Source: Desulfatiglandales bacterium
Lineage (GTDB): Bacteria > Desulfobacterota > DSM-4660 > Desulfatiglandales > Desulfatiglandaceae
Assembly (NCBI GenBank): GCA_963662465.1
Contig: OY759599.1
Location: 3,104,001-3,168,000, forward strand
Length of the DNA stretch: 64,000 bases
Direction of reading: 5' to 3'
Position 1 is the first letter of the stretch; each line of letters begins with the position of its first letter. This document shows, piece after piece, positions 7,570-17,428 of the stretch. The notes beneath the pieces were generated by a model that saw only the letters and a list, made by a program, of their open reading frames with translations, was not told where the DNA came from and did no database searches. The position numbers and the translations under genes are program-made.

Positions 7570-10305
7570 CTAATCCAGAACCTCTTTTAAAACACGCTCA
7601 AGATCTTTCATTTGATAAGGCTTGGCCATGGCGCCGCAAAAACCGTGTTCCGCACAATGGGCCAGCACCGGGTCATTGAAATAGCCGCTGCATACAATAG
7701 CCTTTACGTCCGGCGCGATCTTGATCAGTTCCTTGATGGCCTGATCACCGCCCATGCCGCCCTTGATGGTGAGATCCAGAATGACGGCGTCAAAGGGCGC
7801 CCCTCCCTCCATGTGCTTCTTATAAGTTTCAATGGCTTCCACACCGTCCTTTACGGTCTCTGCTTCATACCCCAGCCATTCCAACATCTTCAGCGTCAGG
7901 GTTCGCAGGCTTTCCTCATCGTCCATCACAAGGATTCTTTGGATTGTTGATTGGTGATTGGTGATTGGCGATTGGGCTTTAACATCATCACGCTCGGCAC
8001 GCCACACTCCGCCTTCCGAGGCAGGCAGGTAGATGGTTACGGTTGTTCCCACACCGATTGTTGAATTTATCATGATACGGCCACCATGTTTTTGAACAAC
8101 CGCGTAGGCAGTGGTCAGACCCAGTCCCATTCCCTTCTGAGGCCCTCTTTCCTTTGTGGAAAAATAGGGATCAAAGATTTGGTCCAGGTGTTCTTCCGGA
8201 ATCCCTTTCCCCTCATCTTTGATGGAGATCCTCACATATTTCCCTTCCTTGAGAGGCGATGCTGTCCCTTGGCCTTTCGCCTCAATAACCTGGTTTTCTG
8301 CCTGAACCGTAATCTTCCCGCCCCGGGGCATGGCCTCCACGGCGTTTATCAGGACATTTTTTATGGCGAAATGCATCTGTCTTGAATCATATTCCACCGG
8401 CCAGAGATCATCCTGGATGAAAAAACCATATTCGATGCTTTCATGGGCCGGCATCTCTCCCTGGATCGCCTTTAGCAGACGCTCGATAGAACCCCTTTCT
8501 TTCATGGGATATCCTCCCCGAGAGAGGATCATGAGTTGATGGGTCAGATCCTTTGCTTTAGAGGATGCCTGTTCCGCCTGCCGCAGGAATTCCACCATGA
8601 GCGAATGCGGTTCCGCTTCCTCCCGGGCCAGGGAGAGGTTCCCCATAATGACGGCGAGCAGATTGTTGTAATCATGGGCGATGCCGCCTGTCAGTGTAGC
8701 GATGGCCTCCATTTTATGGGCCTGCCTGAGTTGCTCCTCCAGGCGCTTGGATTGGGTAATATCAATGAAAACGCCCCGCACGCCAACTGTTTTCCCATTT
8801 TGAACAATGGGCCGGCTCGAAGATCTAATCCAGCGGATTTCCCCGGTCTTGTGGATCAGTCGATATTCGCGAGGTTGAATGTGATCTGATTGAATGCGTT
8901 CCTTCAGCCTCTCCGCCAACGCAGCACGATCATCCGGATGAATGAATGCCATGATATTCTTCCCTATGGCTTCAGATGGCAAATACCCTGTTATGTTCTC
9001 TACAGCCGGGCTGATGTAGGTCACTGTGCCGGCGGTATCCAAAGCAAAGATCGCCTCGTTCATATTTTCCACGAGATCACGATACTTCTCTTCGCTCGCC
9101 TTGAGCGCGGCCTCAGCCTCTTTTTGCTCCGTAATGTCCGTGGCAATGTGAATCACCTTTTCAATGCGACCTTTGTCATCCACCATGGGGGTACAGGAAA
9201 CCAGAAAAACGCCTCCCAAAGCCTCAATCTCCATCTCAACCGTCTCCAGATGACCGGAGGCGATCATTTTTTTAAAGGGACATCCTTCCGGAGGTTCATC
9301 GGTATGGTGGAAGATTTCGTAGCAGCTCTTTCCGATGAGTTCTGCTTCAGACTTTCCCGTCGCTTTTTCCGTAGCCTTGTTGGCATGGGCCAGGCGTTGA
9401 TCGGCATTAAGGATCAGTGTGGGGTGCCCGATGGCCTGAAAGATCCCTTCCCATTCCCGACGGCTCTTTTGAAGCTCGCGCTCAGCCCATTTGCGATCCG
9501 AGATATCCTGAATCATGACCTGCCATAGGGATTGGCCTGCAATCTTGATGGTTCGCATGCTGAGCAGGGCATCGAAAGGGGTCCCATCTTTTCGCTTGAG
9601 CTTGACTTCCAATTCCTTCACGAAACCGTTTTTCAAAAGCGCAGCAGTGACCTTTTCCCTGTCTTCCGGATGATCGTAATATGCGCTTGTGTTTCCGATG
9701 GCATCAAGGTCTTCTCGCTTGTAACCGTGCATATCCAACATAGCATCGTTACATTCCAGAACATTTCGCTCTTCATCCAGAATGGAGATGCCTATGAGAG
9801 AATTCTCAAACAGGCCTCGGTATTTTTTTTCACTTTCCCGGACCTCCTGATTGCATTTACTTCGCTCCGCCATTTCCGCTTTCAATTTCCGGTTGAGTTT
9901 GATTAATTCCCGGTTGAAATCCTTCAGTTTCTTTTCGGTTTCATTTTTGTAAAGGGCGATCTCCACGGATGCCCGTATTTCCTCTTCAGTAAAGGGTTTC
10001 ATCACATACCCAAAGGGTTCCACCTGCCTTGCCCTTTCGACGTACTCCGGGTCTCCGTATCCGGTCAGAAATACGATCGCCACATCCAGTTCCAAGCGAA
10101 TCTTCTCCGCGGCTGAAATCCCGTCCATATGTCCCGGCATCACGATATCCATGAGAATGACATCCGGTTTGAGGTCTCGGGCCATTTCAATGGCCTGGTC
10201 CCCCGAATCGGCCTGACCGACCACATCGTAACCCATGGATGTGAGCATGGCCTCAAGTTCCAGCTTCATGGTATAGTCATCGTCTACGAGCATTATTCTT
10301 GGCAT
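7570..10305 (-). CDS. Hybrid sensor kinase (REC-PAS-PAS-PAS-HisKA-HATPase-REC)
   Basis: N-terminal REC (MLVDDD, ILMDIVMPG, KPF), three PAS/PAC, GGIAHDYNNLL, GMGLGL, C-terminal REC; start at MPRIML (ORF extends to 10398). Confidence 0.92.
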   Translation of the reverse strand: MPRIMLVDDDYTMKLELEAMLTSMGYDVVGQADSGDQAIEMARDLKPDVILMDIVMPGHMDGISAAEKIRLELDVAIVFLTGYGDPEYVERARQVEPFGYVMKPFTEEEIRASVEIALYKNETEKKLKDFNRELIKLNRKLKAEMAERSKCNQEVRESEKKYRGLFENSLIGISILDEERNVLECNDAMLDMHGYKREDLDAIGNTSAYYDHPEDREKVTAALLKNGFVKELEVKLKRKDGTPFDALLSMRTIKIAGQSLWQVMIQDISDRKWAERELQKSRREWEGIFQAIGHPTLILNADQRLAHANKATEKATGKSEAELIGKSCYEIFHHTDEPPEGCPFKKMIASGHLETVEMEIEALGGVFLVSCTPMVDDKGRIEKVIHIATDITEQKEAEAALKASEEKYRDLVENMNEAIFALDTAGTVTYISPAVENITGYLPSEAIGKNIMAFIHPDDRAALAERLKERIQSDHIQPREYRLIHKTGEIRWIRSSSRPIVQNGKTVGVRGVFIDITQSKRLEEQLRQAHKMEAIATLTGGIAHDYNNLLAVIMGNLSLAREEAEPHSLMVEFLRQAEQASSKAKDLTHQLMILSRGGYPMKERGSIERLLKAIQGEMPAHESIEYGFFIQDDLWPVEYDSRQMHFAIKNVLINAVEAMPRGGKITVQAENQVIEAKGQGTASPLKEGKYVRISIKDEGKGIPEEHLDQIFDPYFSTKERGPQKGMGLGLTTAYAVVQKHGGRIMINSTIGVGTTVTIYLPASEGGVWRAERDDVKAQSPITNHQSTIQRILVMDDEESLRTLTLKMLEWLGYEAETVKDGVEAIETYKKHMEGGAPFDAVILDLTIKGGMGGDQAIKELIKIAPDVKAIVCSGYFNDPVLAHCAEHGFCGAMAKPYQMKDLERVLKEVLD

Positions 10306-10520
10306 GGTTTTAACTCCATCATAGTGACGCCGAAGGCAATTATCATCAGCTGCTGACATAAAAATAGCAGGTCTGTTCCCGCTTGGCCACCAATACATTT
10401 CGGCTCAACGCGGATTAACGTGAAAAAATGTTTCGCCACCAAGAAAAACCTCGGTGCATTCGTCATAAAGAATCGTATGTATTCGGAACCCGACGATCCC
10501 ATGGTTATTTTTCCCACGTG

Positions 10521-10791
10521 GTAGGTCAGGGTGCGGCGCGTCCCGTTTTTTCCTCTGACGCTGTTGAATCCCAAATGGGTTGAAATCCATCAAACGACCG
10601 AAAAACCCCAACGCGCCGTTCCCTGACATTCTTACGACCACCCCAACGTCGCCAATGGGATTATCGGTTTATGCCGAATTAATGTCAGGTAATCCCGCGT
10701 GTGGACATGTGGGCTTTTGAACGTTCATGGGGGTTGAAGTGGAAATCGAAATTTCGAGGTAAAAATGTGAACGCGGGACAACCTGACCTAC
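10521..10791. repeat. GTAG-type REP doublet (REPIN-like) nested inverted-repeat element
   Basis: GTAGGTCAGG..CGCGT (10521) / ACGCG..CCTGACATT (10611-10630) and AATGTCAGG..CCCGCGT (10681) / ACGCGGG..CCTGACCTAC (10771-10791). Confidence 0.65.
10635..10679 (+). repeat. 45-bp direct repeat, copy 1
   Basis: cgaccaccccaacgtcgccaatgggattatcggtttatgccgaat, identical to 25449-25493. Confidence 0.9.
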
Positions 10792-10829
10792 GGACTATAC
10801 AACTTTTCCCCTCCGGGAATGTTTTCACG

Positions 10830-10955
10830 TCAATCCGCTCTGACGCCGTTGTTCAAATTGATGGCACAATTTCGCGCACTCAAATGTTCATTCTTGATCC
10901 AGCTTCTGGATTTACCCTTCATGTGTTTCTTCTGAGCGATGCGAAATAACTTCAT
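10830..10955 (-). pseudogene. Truncated RES-domain toxin stub
   Basis: ATG directly after the antitoxin stop; MKLFRIAQKKH resembles RES N-termini, then similarity is lost; 41 codons. Confidence 0.5.
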
Positions 10956-11405
10956 TTATGAGTATACGCCATACTCAATCCGGCCCAGTTCATCAAAAAT
11001 CATTTCAGTCCCAAATCGCGAACCAAGCAGGCTGAACGGGGTATGATAGGAAAGACCCGCACAAGGCTGATTCAGCCACAACAAAAATTTTTCTCTGCTG
11101 CCAAAGACGTCTGATCCCCTGGCAATGAGTTCCGCTATTTTCAAAACCTGCTCCGAAACAGCCAGATTCAGATGTTGCTTCGCCGTAAACCTTCGGAGTG
11201 TTCGCTCGGTTACCGGCAGCAGAGCGGCAATCTGCTTCCATGAGAGCGACAAATGTTTCGCAAGGTTTGCCACGGCGGTTTTCGAAATCCCCTGATAGCT
11301 CAACTCAACAACATCGAGCCTGTCTTCAAGGCGCTTCCCAATCACCTCTTCCCCACCTAACAACTCGGTCATTTCCTGTAACGCCATTCTTTTGTCCTTA
11401 ATCAA
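10956..11405 (-). CDS. Xre/MbcA/ParS (DUF2384-type) antitoxin
   Basis: HTH (IAALLPVTERTLRR) and C-terminal VFGSREKFLLWLNQP..L....PFSLL....G...IFDELGRIEYGVYS; exact start uncertain. Confidence 0.88.
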   Translation of the reverse strand: MIKDKRMALQEMTELLGGEEVIGKRLEDRLDVVELSYQGISKTAVANLAKHLSLSWKQIAALLPVTERTLRRFTAKQHLNLAVSEQVLKIAELIARGSDVFGSREKFLLWLNQPCAGLSYHTPFSLLGSRFGTEMIFDELGRIEYGVYS

Positions 11406-11821
11406 AGGGAGATGTCATTTTTCATTTATCGTAACGACAAAACCGCACAAAGTCAATCCCGGGATCAACTGTGAACAGTCAGATTTTTTCGGACCACATC
11501 CGATAAAATGAGTGTTACCAATAGTTTGAAGAAACAGGGGGACGCTCTGCGTCCCTTTTCCTTTGACATTCCAGTTTTGTTGAAGCATTTTGGAAAGGAT
11601 AATACGAACTGATTCCAGCTATAGCCCCAAAATCAACCCCTGAGATAATGGAATACTTGGGCTTAAGTCATCGAAGACATTTCAGAATGGAAATATTTGA
11701 TCCCTTGTTGGACGCAGGCCTTTTGCAACCCACCATCCCCGACAAGCCCAAGAGCCCCAAACAGAAATATGTAACATCAAAGAAGGACACTCATGCTTAA
11801 ACCCCTTTATATGGAATTGTA

Positions 11822-12697
11822 ATGCAAAAATTGCGTAAAAAAATATCTGCTGGAATTCTGTTCCTGACCGCAACCCTCATATTCGGAGGCATTCTACCCT
11901 CCCATGCCGCCGACTTGCAGCGGTTCTCCCATGCGAAACTGGTGGATAATCCGGCAAATGACGGCGACAGCTTCTATTTGGAATCCGATGGAAAATCTTT
12001 CCATGTCAGGCTTTATTTTGTCGACTGTCCTGAAACTTCTACCGGATCTAAGAGTGACGCACGAAGGGTACGGGAGCAAACACGATATTTTGGATTATCC
12101 CACGCCGTACGCACACTTCATTTCGGCAATGAAGCAAAGATCTTTGTTGAACGTACCTTAACCAAACCTTTCACTGTTCATACCGCCTTTGCAAGTGCTC
12201 TGGGAAGATCGGCCAAAGGCCGTGTATACGGATTCATCATCACATCCGGCGGAGACGACCTGGCGGTTCTACTGGTTAAAAACGGCATGGCCCGTACTTA
12301 TGGCATCGGCAGGGAAACGCCCTATGGCATACGAAAAGATGAAATGACGGCAAGACTTCGCGACCTGGAAACTTCAGCCATGTTGAAACATATCGGCATT
12401 TGGTCGGAAAGTGATCCGGAAAAGATTGCGGATCTCCGCGCAACACAACGAAGGGAGGACCAGGAATTAAAGGACTTACAAAGTCAGGTAAAAAAAGAGT
12501 TATTTTCAAATGGCGTAATTGATCTCAACACTGCCGGCAAAGAAAAACTGATGGGCATCAATGGAATCGGTCCAACGTTTGCCGACCGAATTATAGCCGG
12601 ACGTCCCTATAAGACTGTAGATGATTTGCTCAAAGTGAAAGGAGTTGGTTCAAAAAAACTTGAAAAAATCCGTCCCTACGTTTCTGTAAGTCACTAA
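11822..12697 (+). CDS. Exported thermonuclease (SNase)-like protein with C-terminal ComEA-type helix-hairpin-helix
   Basis: Signal peptide; NDGDSF, VRLYFVDCPET, LVKNGMAR; IDLNTA..LMGINGIGP..A.RII...DDLLKVKGVG. Confidence 0.82.
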   Translation: MQKLRKKISAGILFLTATLIFGGILPSHAADLQRFSHAKLVDNPANDGDSFYLESDGKSFHVRLYFVDCPETSTGSKSDARRVREQTRYFGLSHAVRTLHFGNEAKIFVERTLTKPFTVHTAFASALGRSAKGRVYGFIITSGGDDLAVLLVKNGMARTYGIGRETPYGIRKDEMTARLRDLETSAMLKHIGIWSESDPEKIADLRATQRREDQELKDLQSQVKKELFSNGVIDLNTAGKEKLMGINGIGPTFADRIIAGRPYKTVDDLLKVKGVGSKKLEKIRPYVSVSH

Positions 12698-13026
12698 TCT
12701 AAAAATTCACCAATAATGCTGTATTTTAACTTAATTTTATGAATAAGACGATCATAGCGCCGCATCCTGATGATGGCACGGGCAATCAAATAAGTGCCAA
12801 AAACAATCAAAGCAAAACTGAATATTCCCAATGGCACCAGAAAATTTAATACATGAAGGATATTATAATATTTTGAAGTGGCGATCAGAACACTCGTAAC
12901 CGACATGGGTAATGCCAACATCGCTATGCCTGTCCGCATCACGGATAAAGAGGTGCGCTTTTCCGCTAAAAGCAATTGCGCCTCATTGATCACAATTGAA
13001 CTAAATTCATTTTTCACATCGTCCAA
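12694..13026 (-). CDS. Small membrane protein (DUF202/YidH-like)
   Basis: LAEKRTSLSVMRTGIA followed by two hydrophobic helices. Confidence 0.65.
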   Translation of the reverse strand: MDDVKNEFSSIVINEAQLLLAEKRTSLSVMRTGIAMLALPMSVTSVLIATSKYYNILHVLNFLVPLGIFSFALIVFGTYLIARAIIRMRRYDRLIHKIKLKYSIIGEFLD

Positions 13027-13072
13027 ATCTCTTCCCTTCCTTGGAAAAGGGGATCAGAAACCAAGCATCCCA

Positions 13073-13234
13073 TCACGATAGATAATCACGGTATATACGC
13101 AAGCCTACGTAGACGCCCAGCATGCTGCCGAGAATGCTCACCATGTATGCAGTCATAAAGCCAATTTTGGCGCCGATCCACCAGCCGATCCACCCGAATA
13201 CGGTTATGCCGATAATAATGCAAAGTTTTTTCAT
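13073..13234 (-). CDS. Small Gly-rich two-TM hypothetical protein
   Basis: 53 aa MKKLCIIIGITVFGWIGWWIG...GVYVGLRIYRDYLS. Confidence 0.6.
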   Translation of the reverse strand: MKKLCIIIGITVFGWIGWWIGAKIGFMTAYMVSILGSMLGVYVGLRIYRDYLS

Positions 13235-13364
13235 GAGCGTCTTGTTTGGGTCTTGTGTAACCGGGATACTACCCGAATTTAGTGCCTGAACCAAAACCTC
13301 TAAATATAGTTTCCCAATTTTTGTTAGAGATTTAAAACTAGATGATATAGCTTCGTTCTTTTTG

Positions 13365-13399
13365 CTTAAAACTTAAAACTTAAAACCTAAAACTTAAAA
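13365..13399 (+). repeat. Heptamer tandem repeat (CTTAAAA)x5
   Basis: cttaaaa x3, cctaaaa, cttaaaa; overlaps the stop of the cytochrome gene. Confidence 0.85.
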
Positions 13400-16057
13400 A
13401 CCCTTCACCCTCACCTCCCGAAACATATTGGCATGGTGTACGGACTCTTCCACCGCTTCGGTATGACACACAAAGCAGGACCGGTTAGCGCCGATGGCAT
13501 AAGGGTTTTTCTGATACTGCATGGGCTGAATGGCATCGCGATAGACGTCAAAGGGGTTTCTTGCCGGATAAATGGCATGGGTCGATCCATGGCAGGAGAT
13601 ACAACGCATTGCGTCCGCTTCGTCGCTTTTCATGCGGAAAAGATCTCCCGGAGCGGCATTCCAGTGGTTGACGGCCGAGGGGTTGGAAGCCGGTTTTTCA
13701 AAATTTTTGTGGCAGGCCAGACACTCCGGTTCCTGGAGCCACGGCACGCGGGGCTTCGCGGCTTCAAGGCACTGCGGCGGTAATGGCGCCATGAGGGCTT
13801 TGGCACGGGGTTTATCCGCTTCCCCCTTCAACAGGGATGCCGCCATATCATCCAGGGTTCCGTGGCAATCGCTGCAGACCGTCCGCTTCTCCCCGCCCCC
13901 GTGGACCCCACGCAGGCACCTGGTGACCCCACTGTAGGAAATGGGATGGCAGTACATGCAGGCTTCATTCCCCATTCCGGACATGTAGCCGGTGTGCCAG
14001 CCATGCATGGCCGCCGAGAAATTGAGTACCCCGTCGGCGCCTTTGGCCCCCAGGGCCGGGTCCCCGTGGCAACTCTGACAAAGCCTGGGCCTTCCGGCCG
14101 AGGCATCTTTTAAGAGCGTCGTGCCTTGAATGCGGTCGTGAATAGCCAGGATATTTTTCGCGGTCTTTTCCGAAATGCCGGACCCCAGCTTTCGGGGTCC
14201 TCCGCCGTGGCACCGGTAGCAATCAGCCTCCGTGGAGACAGGCGCCGTCACCCGGGTGGTCTGAAGAATTGCCCCGGTATCTTTCCGGAGGGCCTGTACC
14301 GTAAAGGTGGGGTAGGGATTAAAGGCCTTGCCGTTATCCCGGTAGGGCGCCACGGGAATCCACTTGGCCTGAAAGACGTTCCGGCCTTCCAAAAGCTTGA
14401 AAACGCCGCCAAGGCCCATGCCGACAAGCCCTACGTTCTTCTCAAGCCGAGTCCCATACACGGATTTGCTGAACGCCCAGAATGGAACCTGAGAAGCGGG
14501 ATTCCGATGCCCCGCTTCCACCTGGTAGGTGATCTCGATGCCCCGGGTCAGGATCTCCGGGGGAGCGCCGCGTTTGACCAGCTGCGCTTCCAGGGTATTG
14601 GCCGGGGGCAGGAAGGAGAAGGCCTCGTCGCAGTCCGAGGTGCAATGCATTCCCAGGTCGTTCCACGCCAGGAGGACATATTCGTCCTTTTGGGGATCGA
14701 AGGGGGGGATCTTTACGGGGACCATGTCGTGTCCGGGCTCCCAGCCCACGGGTTGAAAAGGTTTTTCTTCCGCTTTCCGCCCCAAAATATCCGTGGTAAT
14801 GTAGGCTGCCAGGGCCTCTTTTTCCGCTTTTGTCCCCACAAAGGGAGGCATGTAAGGGAGCAGTTTCCCCTGACCGGTAATCTGGGCAATGAGGCCCCGG
14901 TAGGTATAGTTTTCCACCAGGGGGACGATGTCGTTTCGGATGCCCCGAACGGTGTGGCAACTCAAACACTCCAGACGAAAAATTTCATGCCCCGCCAATA
15001 ACCTGTTTTCCGGAGAAATCTTACGAACGGCCGCCCACCGGGCATGGGTCAGAAGACCCTCCCGATCGAGTTTTTCCACCTCGGACACGGGAATGGAATT
15101 GGAATAGAGGTAGTCCACGATCAAAAAAGGCCTTCGGGCATTTTCCCGACTGTACTCAAAACTCCCGATCCAGAAGATCCCCACGGGAACCAGAAGAAAA
15201 GCGGCGGCCTTCTGCAAGGACCTTGCTTTCATAACGCTCAGCACAATGCCCAACAGAAATATCACCAGGGTCATGACCAGAAGGGTATCCAGAAATGCGG
15301 GCATGGCCCGGTTCATGGCAACCGCAGCCCGGGTGCCGAGGGGCAGGTCCCGCATATACCACAGGGCCGCGGGGACGAGGCCCACAAGGGGGAGAAGCAA
15401 CCACTTGGTGCAGTAGCGAAGCAAGGTTTGGCGCAGATGCCGATCCTCGAGGAAAACGGTGGTCAGACAGCCGAAAAGCCCCGCCAGGGTGAAGGCCATG
15501 AAGGACCTGAAAAAGAGAGACGGCCAGAAGGTGGGATTGAAGAAACCATCCCAGAAATCCCGGGTTTGAAGCCAGGCCCCGGGTGTGAGCATGAAATCGA
15601 TGATCCCGGTGATCGCAAACAGACTCAGCCATGCAAAGAGGAAATAGAAAAAGCTGATCCGCAGACGGAATTTGCGGCTCAGGGTGTCAAAATGATAATA
15701 GTAGAGCAAAAGAGCCGCGATTTCCCCCAGAAAGAAAACCCACTCGGTGGCCCACCCGAAGACAAAGTTGTGAATCAGAATGGCCGTGGCCGCGGGGCTC
15801 ACCAGGGCGATAATGAACCAGATCCCCACGCCCGTGACGGCGCCGAAGACCATGGTGAGCAGGAGGAAAAATCGAAGATATTTTTTCAGATAGCCGTGAA
15901 TGGCGGGATTTTCTTCTCGGTATCCCTTGATATCGGTCAGCCACAGAAAGAGCCCTCCCCCTACGGCCATGTGCGCCACAAAGACGTGAAGGACGGCGAT
16001 CAGGGCGATCAGGGTGGGGCCGCCGATTCGAAGGGTTTCCCAGATGGGGTAGTTCAT
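13394..16057 (-). CDS. Cytochrome bd subunit I-like membrane domain fused to an octaheme cytochrome c
   Basis: N-terminal CydA-like TMs (LHVFVAHMAVGGG, FGAVTGVGIWF, WATEWVFF, RENARRPF); eight CxxCH: CLSCH, CYRCH, CQSCH, CMYCH, CSDCH, CLACH, CISCH, CFVCH. Confidence 0.85.
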   Translation of the reverse strand: MNYPIWETLRIGGPTLIALIAVLHVFVAHMAVGGGLFLWLTDIKGYREENPAIHGYLKKYLRFFLLLTMVFGAVTGVGIWFIIALVSPAATAILIHNFVFGWATEWVFFLGEIAALLLYYYHFDTLSRKFRLRISFFYFLFAWLSLFAITGIIDFMLTPGAWLQTRDFWDGFFNPTFWPSLFFRSFMAFTLAGLFGCLTTVFLEDRHLRQTLLRYCTKWLLLPLVGLVPAALWYMRDLPLGTRAAVAMNRAMPAFLDTLLVMTLVIFLLGIVLSVMKARSLQKAAAFLLVPVGIFWIGSFEYSRENARRPFLIVDYLYSNSIPVSEVEKLDREGLLTHARWAAVRKISPENRLLAGHEIFRLECLSCHTVRGIRNDIVPLVENYTYRGLIAQITGQGKLLPYMPPFVGTKAEKEALAAYITTDILGRKAEEKPFQPVGWEPGHDMVPVKIPPFDPQKDEYVLLAWNDLGMHCTSDCDEAFSFLPPANTLEAQLVKRGAPPEILTRGIEITYQVEAGHRNPASQVPFWAFSKSVYGTRLEKNVGLVGMGLGGVFKLLEGRNVFQAKWIPVAPYRDNGKAFNPYPTFTVQALRKDTGAILQTTRVTAPVSTEADCYRCHGGGPRKLGSGISEKTAKNILAIHDRIQGTTLLKDASAGRPRLCQSCHGDPALGAKGADGVLNFSAAMHGWHTGYMSGMGNEACMYCHPISYSGVTRCLRGVHGGGEKRTVCSDCHGTLDDMAASLLKGEADKPRAKALMAPLPPQCLEAAKPRVPWLQEPECLACHKNFEKPASNPSAVNHWNAAPGDLFRMKSDEADAMRCISCHGSTHAIYPARNPFDVYRDAIQPMQYQKNPYAIGANRSCFVCHTEAVEESVHHANMFREVRVKGF

Positions 16058-16101
16058 GTGGCATCCTTTCCTTCAGAGAGAGTTTTTCCCGGGGGTAAAA
16101 G

Positions 16102-17166
16102 CTATAGGCTATTGCCTATCCCCCATCTCAGCATTCGCCAAATGACAAACAGGCCCATGGCGAAAATCAGCAGGAAAACGGTCAGAGCCGATGCCTGCGG
16201 GGAGACGGCCAGGTCCTCCACCCGGAAGACCCGCTCCAGATAAGCGTAGCGCAAAAGGGTTCTCATCAAAACCATCACCACCACGGTGGAAAGCAACAAC
16301 CCGAGGGTCAACCGGAGTTTCCCGTTAAAAGCGCTCAAAATTGACCCGAGGGCGAGTGCGACCCCCAGGAGCAGCACGGCGGCATACAGGGGGTTGCCTC
16401 CCATGAAAAGCTTCAGCACCCCTTCCGGGAGCGCCATGAGAAACCAGAATCCAATAAAAACCTGTACCGTTGTGGCGTAGGCGAAGATCTTCAAACCATG
16501 ATCCCCCATCAAGGAAGATGCCGTCTTTTCCCCTCCGGATCGGCGAATGCCGTGGACCAGGGCGCCAAAGAGGCCCGCTACCGCCACCGAGGCCGTTATA
16601 AAGTGCAGGTAACGGGGCCAGAGGGCAGGGTCCCCCAAGGCCAGATGCCTGCCCCCGGCGCTCTCAAAATAGACCCCCCAGCTCCCTGGCCGCAGCATGA
16701 AGCTGATATTGTTTTCAAAGGCGAATGCGATGTAGAGCAGCGCCGCGGCGGTAATGGTGAGCGCAACGGTACGGATGCGCTCCCTGCCCCCGCCGGCATG
16801 GACGTAAGCGCCATAATACCCCAGAATGAGAACCGGGATTACCAGAATCCAGAAAACGGCCATCAGAATGGAACCGGTATAGAAAAAGTGCCCGTAGAGA
16901 ACCTGAAAAAAGAGCAATGGCGCCACCCCCAGGTTAATGGCAAGGGCCAGGGTGGTGGGGAGTTTCTTGCGGAAAAGGCCCGAAAACATCGGCTCCGGTC
17001 CGGAAAAAGGCGCTCTCACCCGTGAAAACAAGACAATCAGGGCACCCCCCAGGGCGACGTTTACAAAGAGAAAATGGGACAGAAGCGTAAGAACCCCCAA
17101 GCATTCGAGAAACCACCAGGGGGCTGGGATCAATTCGGCATAGGGTATCAGTCGGGCGGGATCCAT
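16102..17166 (-). CDS. Multi-TM partner subunit of the CydA-like complex
   Basis: About 9 TMs; SHFLFVNVALGG, INLGVAPLLFFQVLYG, WPRYLHF; directly upstream on the same strand. Confidence 0.7.
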   Translation of the reverse strand: MDPARLIPYAELIPAPWWFLECLGVLTLLSHFLFVNVALGGALIVLFSRVRAPFSGPEPMFSGLFRKKLPTTLALAINLGVAPLLFFQVLYGHFFYTGSILMAVFWILVIPVLILGYYGAYVHAGGGRERIRTVALTITAAALLYIAFAFENNISFMLRPGSWGVYFESAGGRHLALGDPALWPRYLHFITASVAVAGLFGALVHGIRRSGGEKTASSLMGDHGLKIFAYATTVQVFIGFWFLMALPEGVLKLFMGGNPLYAAVLLLGVALALGSILSAFNGKLRLTLGLLLSTVVVMVLMRTLLRYAYLERVFRVEDLAVSPQASALTVFLLIFAMGLFVIWRMLRWGIGNSL

Positions 17167-17428
17167 GGTTCTCCTTCTCGGATTTGGCCTTTGAACCAAT
17201 CAGGGCGAAATATTTCCGCCCCTACGTTTGTATACTGCCCCATATTGGGGAGGGTCAACAAAAATCGGGGAAATTTTTCTCCCAAATAGACACAATTCTA
17301 AATGCGTTTCAGAAGTGTTGAAAATATCTCCCGATATGGTATGCTACATGAGTTAAATGGGGATACAGGAATAAAAGGCCTATTGAAAATCAACACCGTC
17401 CGGCGCAACGGTACGGGGGAGGTTATGG

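Noticed and set aside
10306..10398. 31-aa N-terminal extension of the hybrid kinase in the ORF track
   Set aside because: The REC domain begins at MPRIML with a GGAG RBS just upstream, so the extension is probably not translated
14126..16243. Long antisense ORFs (291 and 399 aa) and similar ones opposite the RND, valS, TBDR and hflK genes
   Set aside because: Shadow ORFs of GC-rich coding sequence with no recognisable motifs
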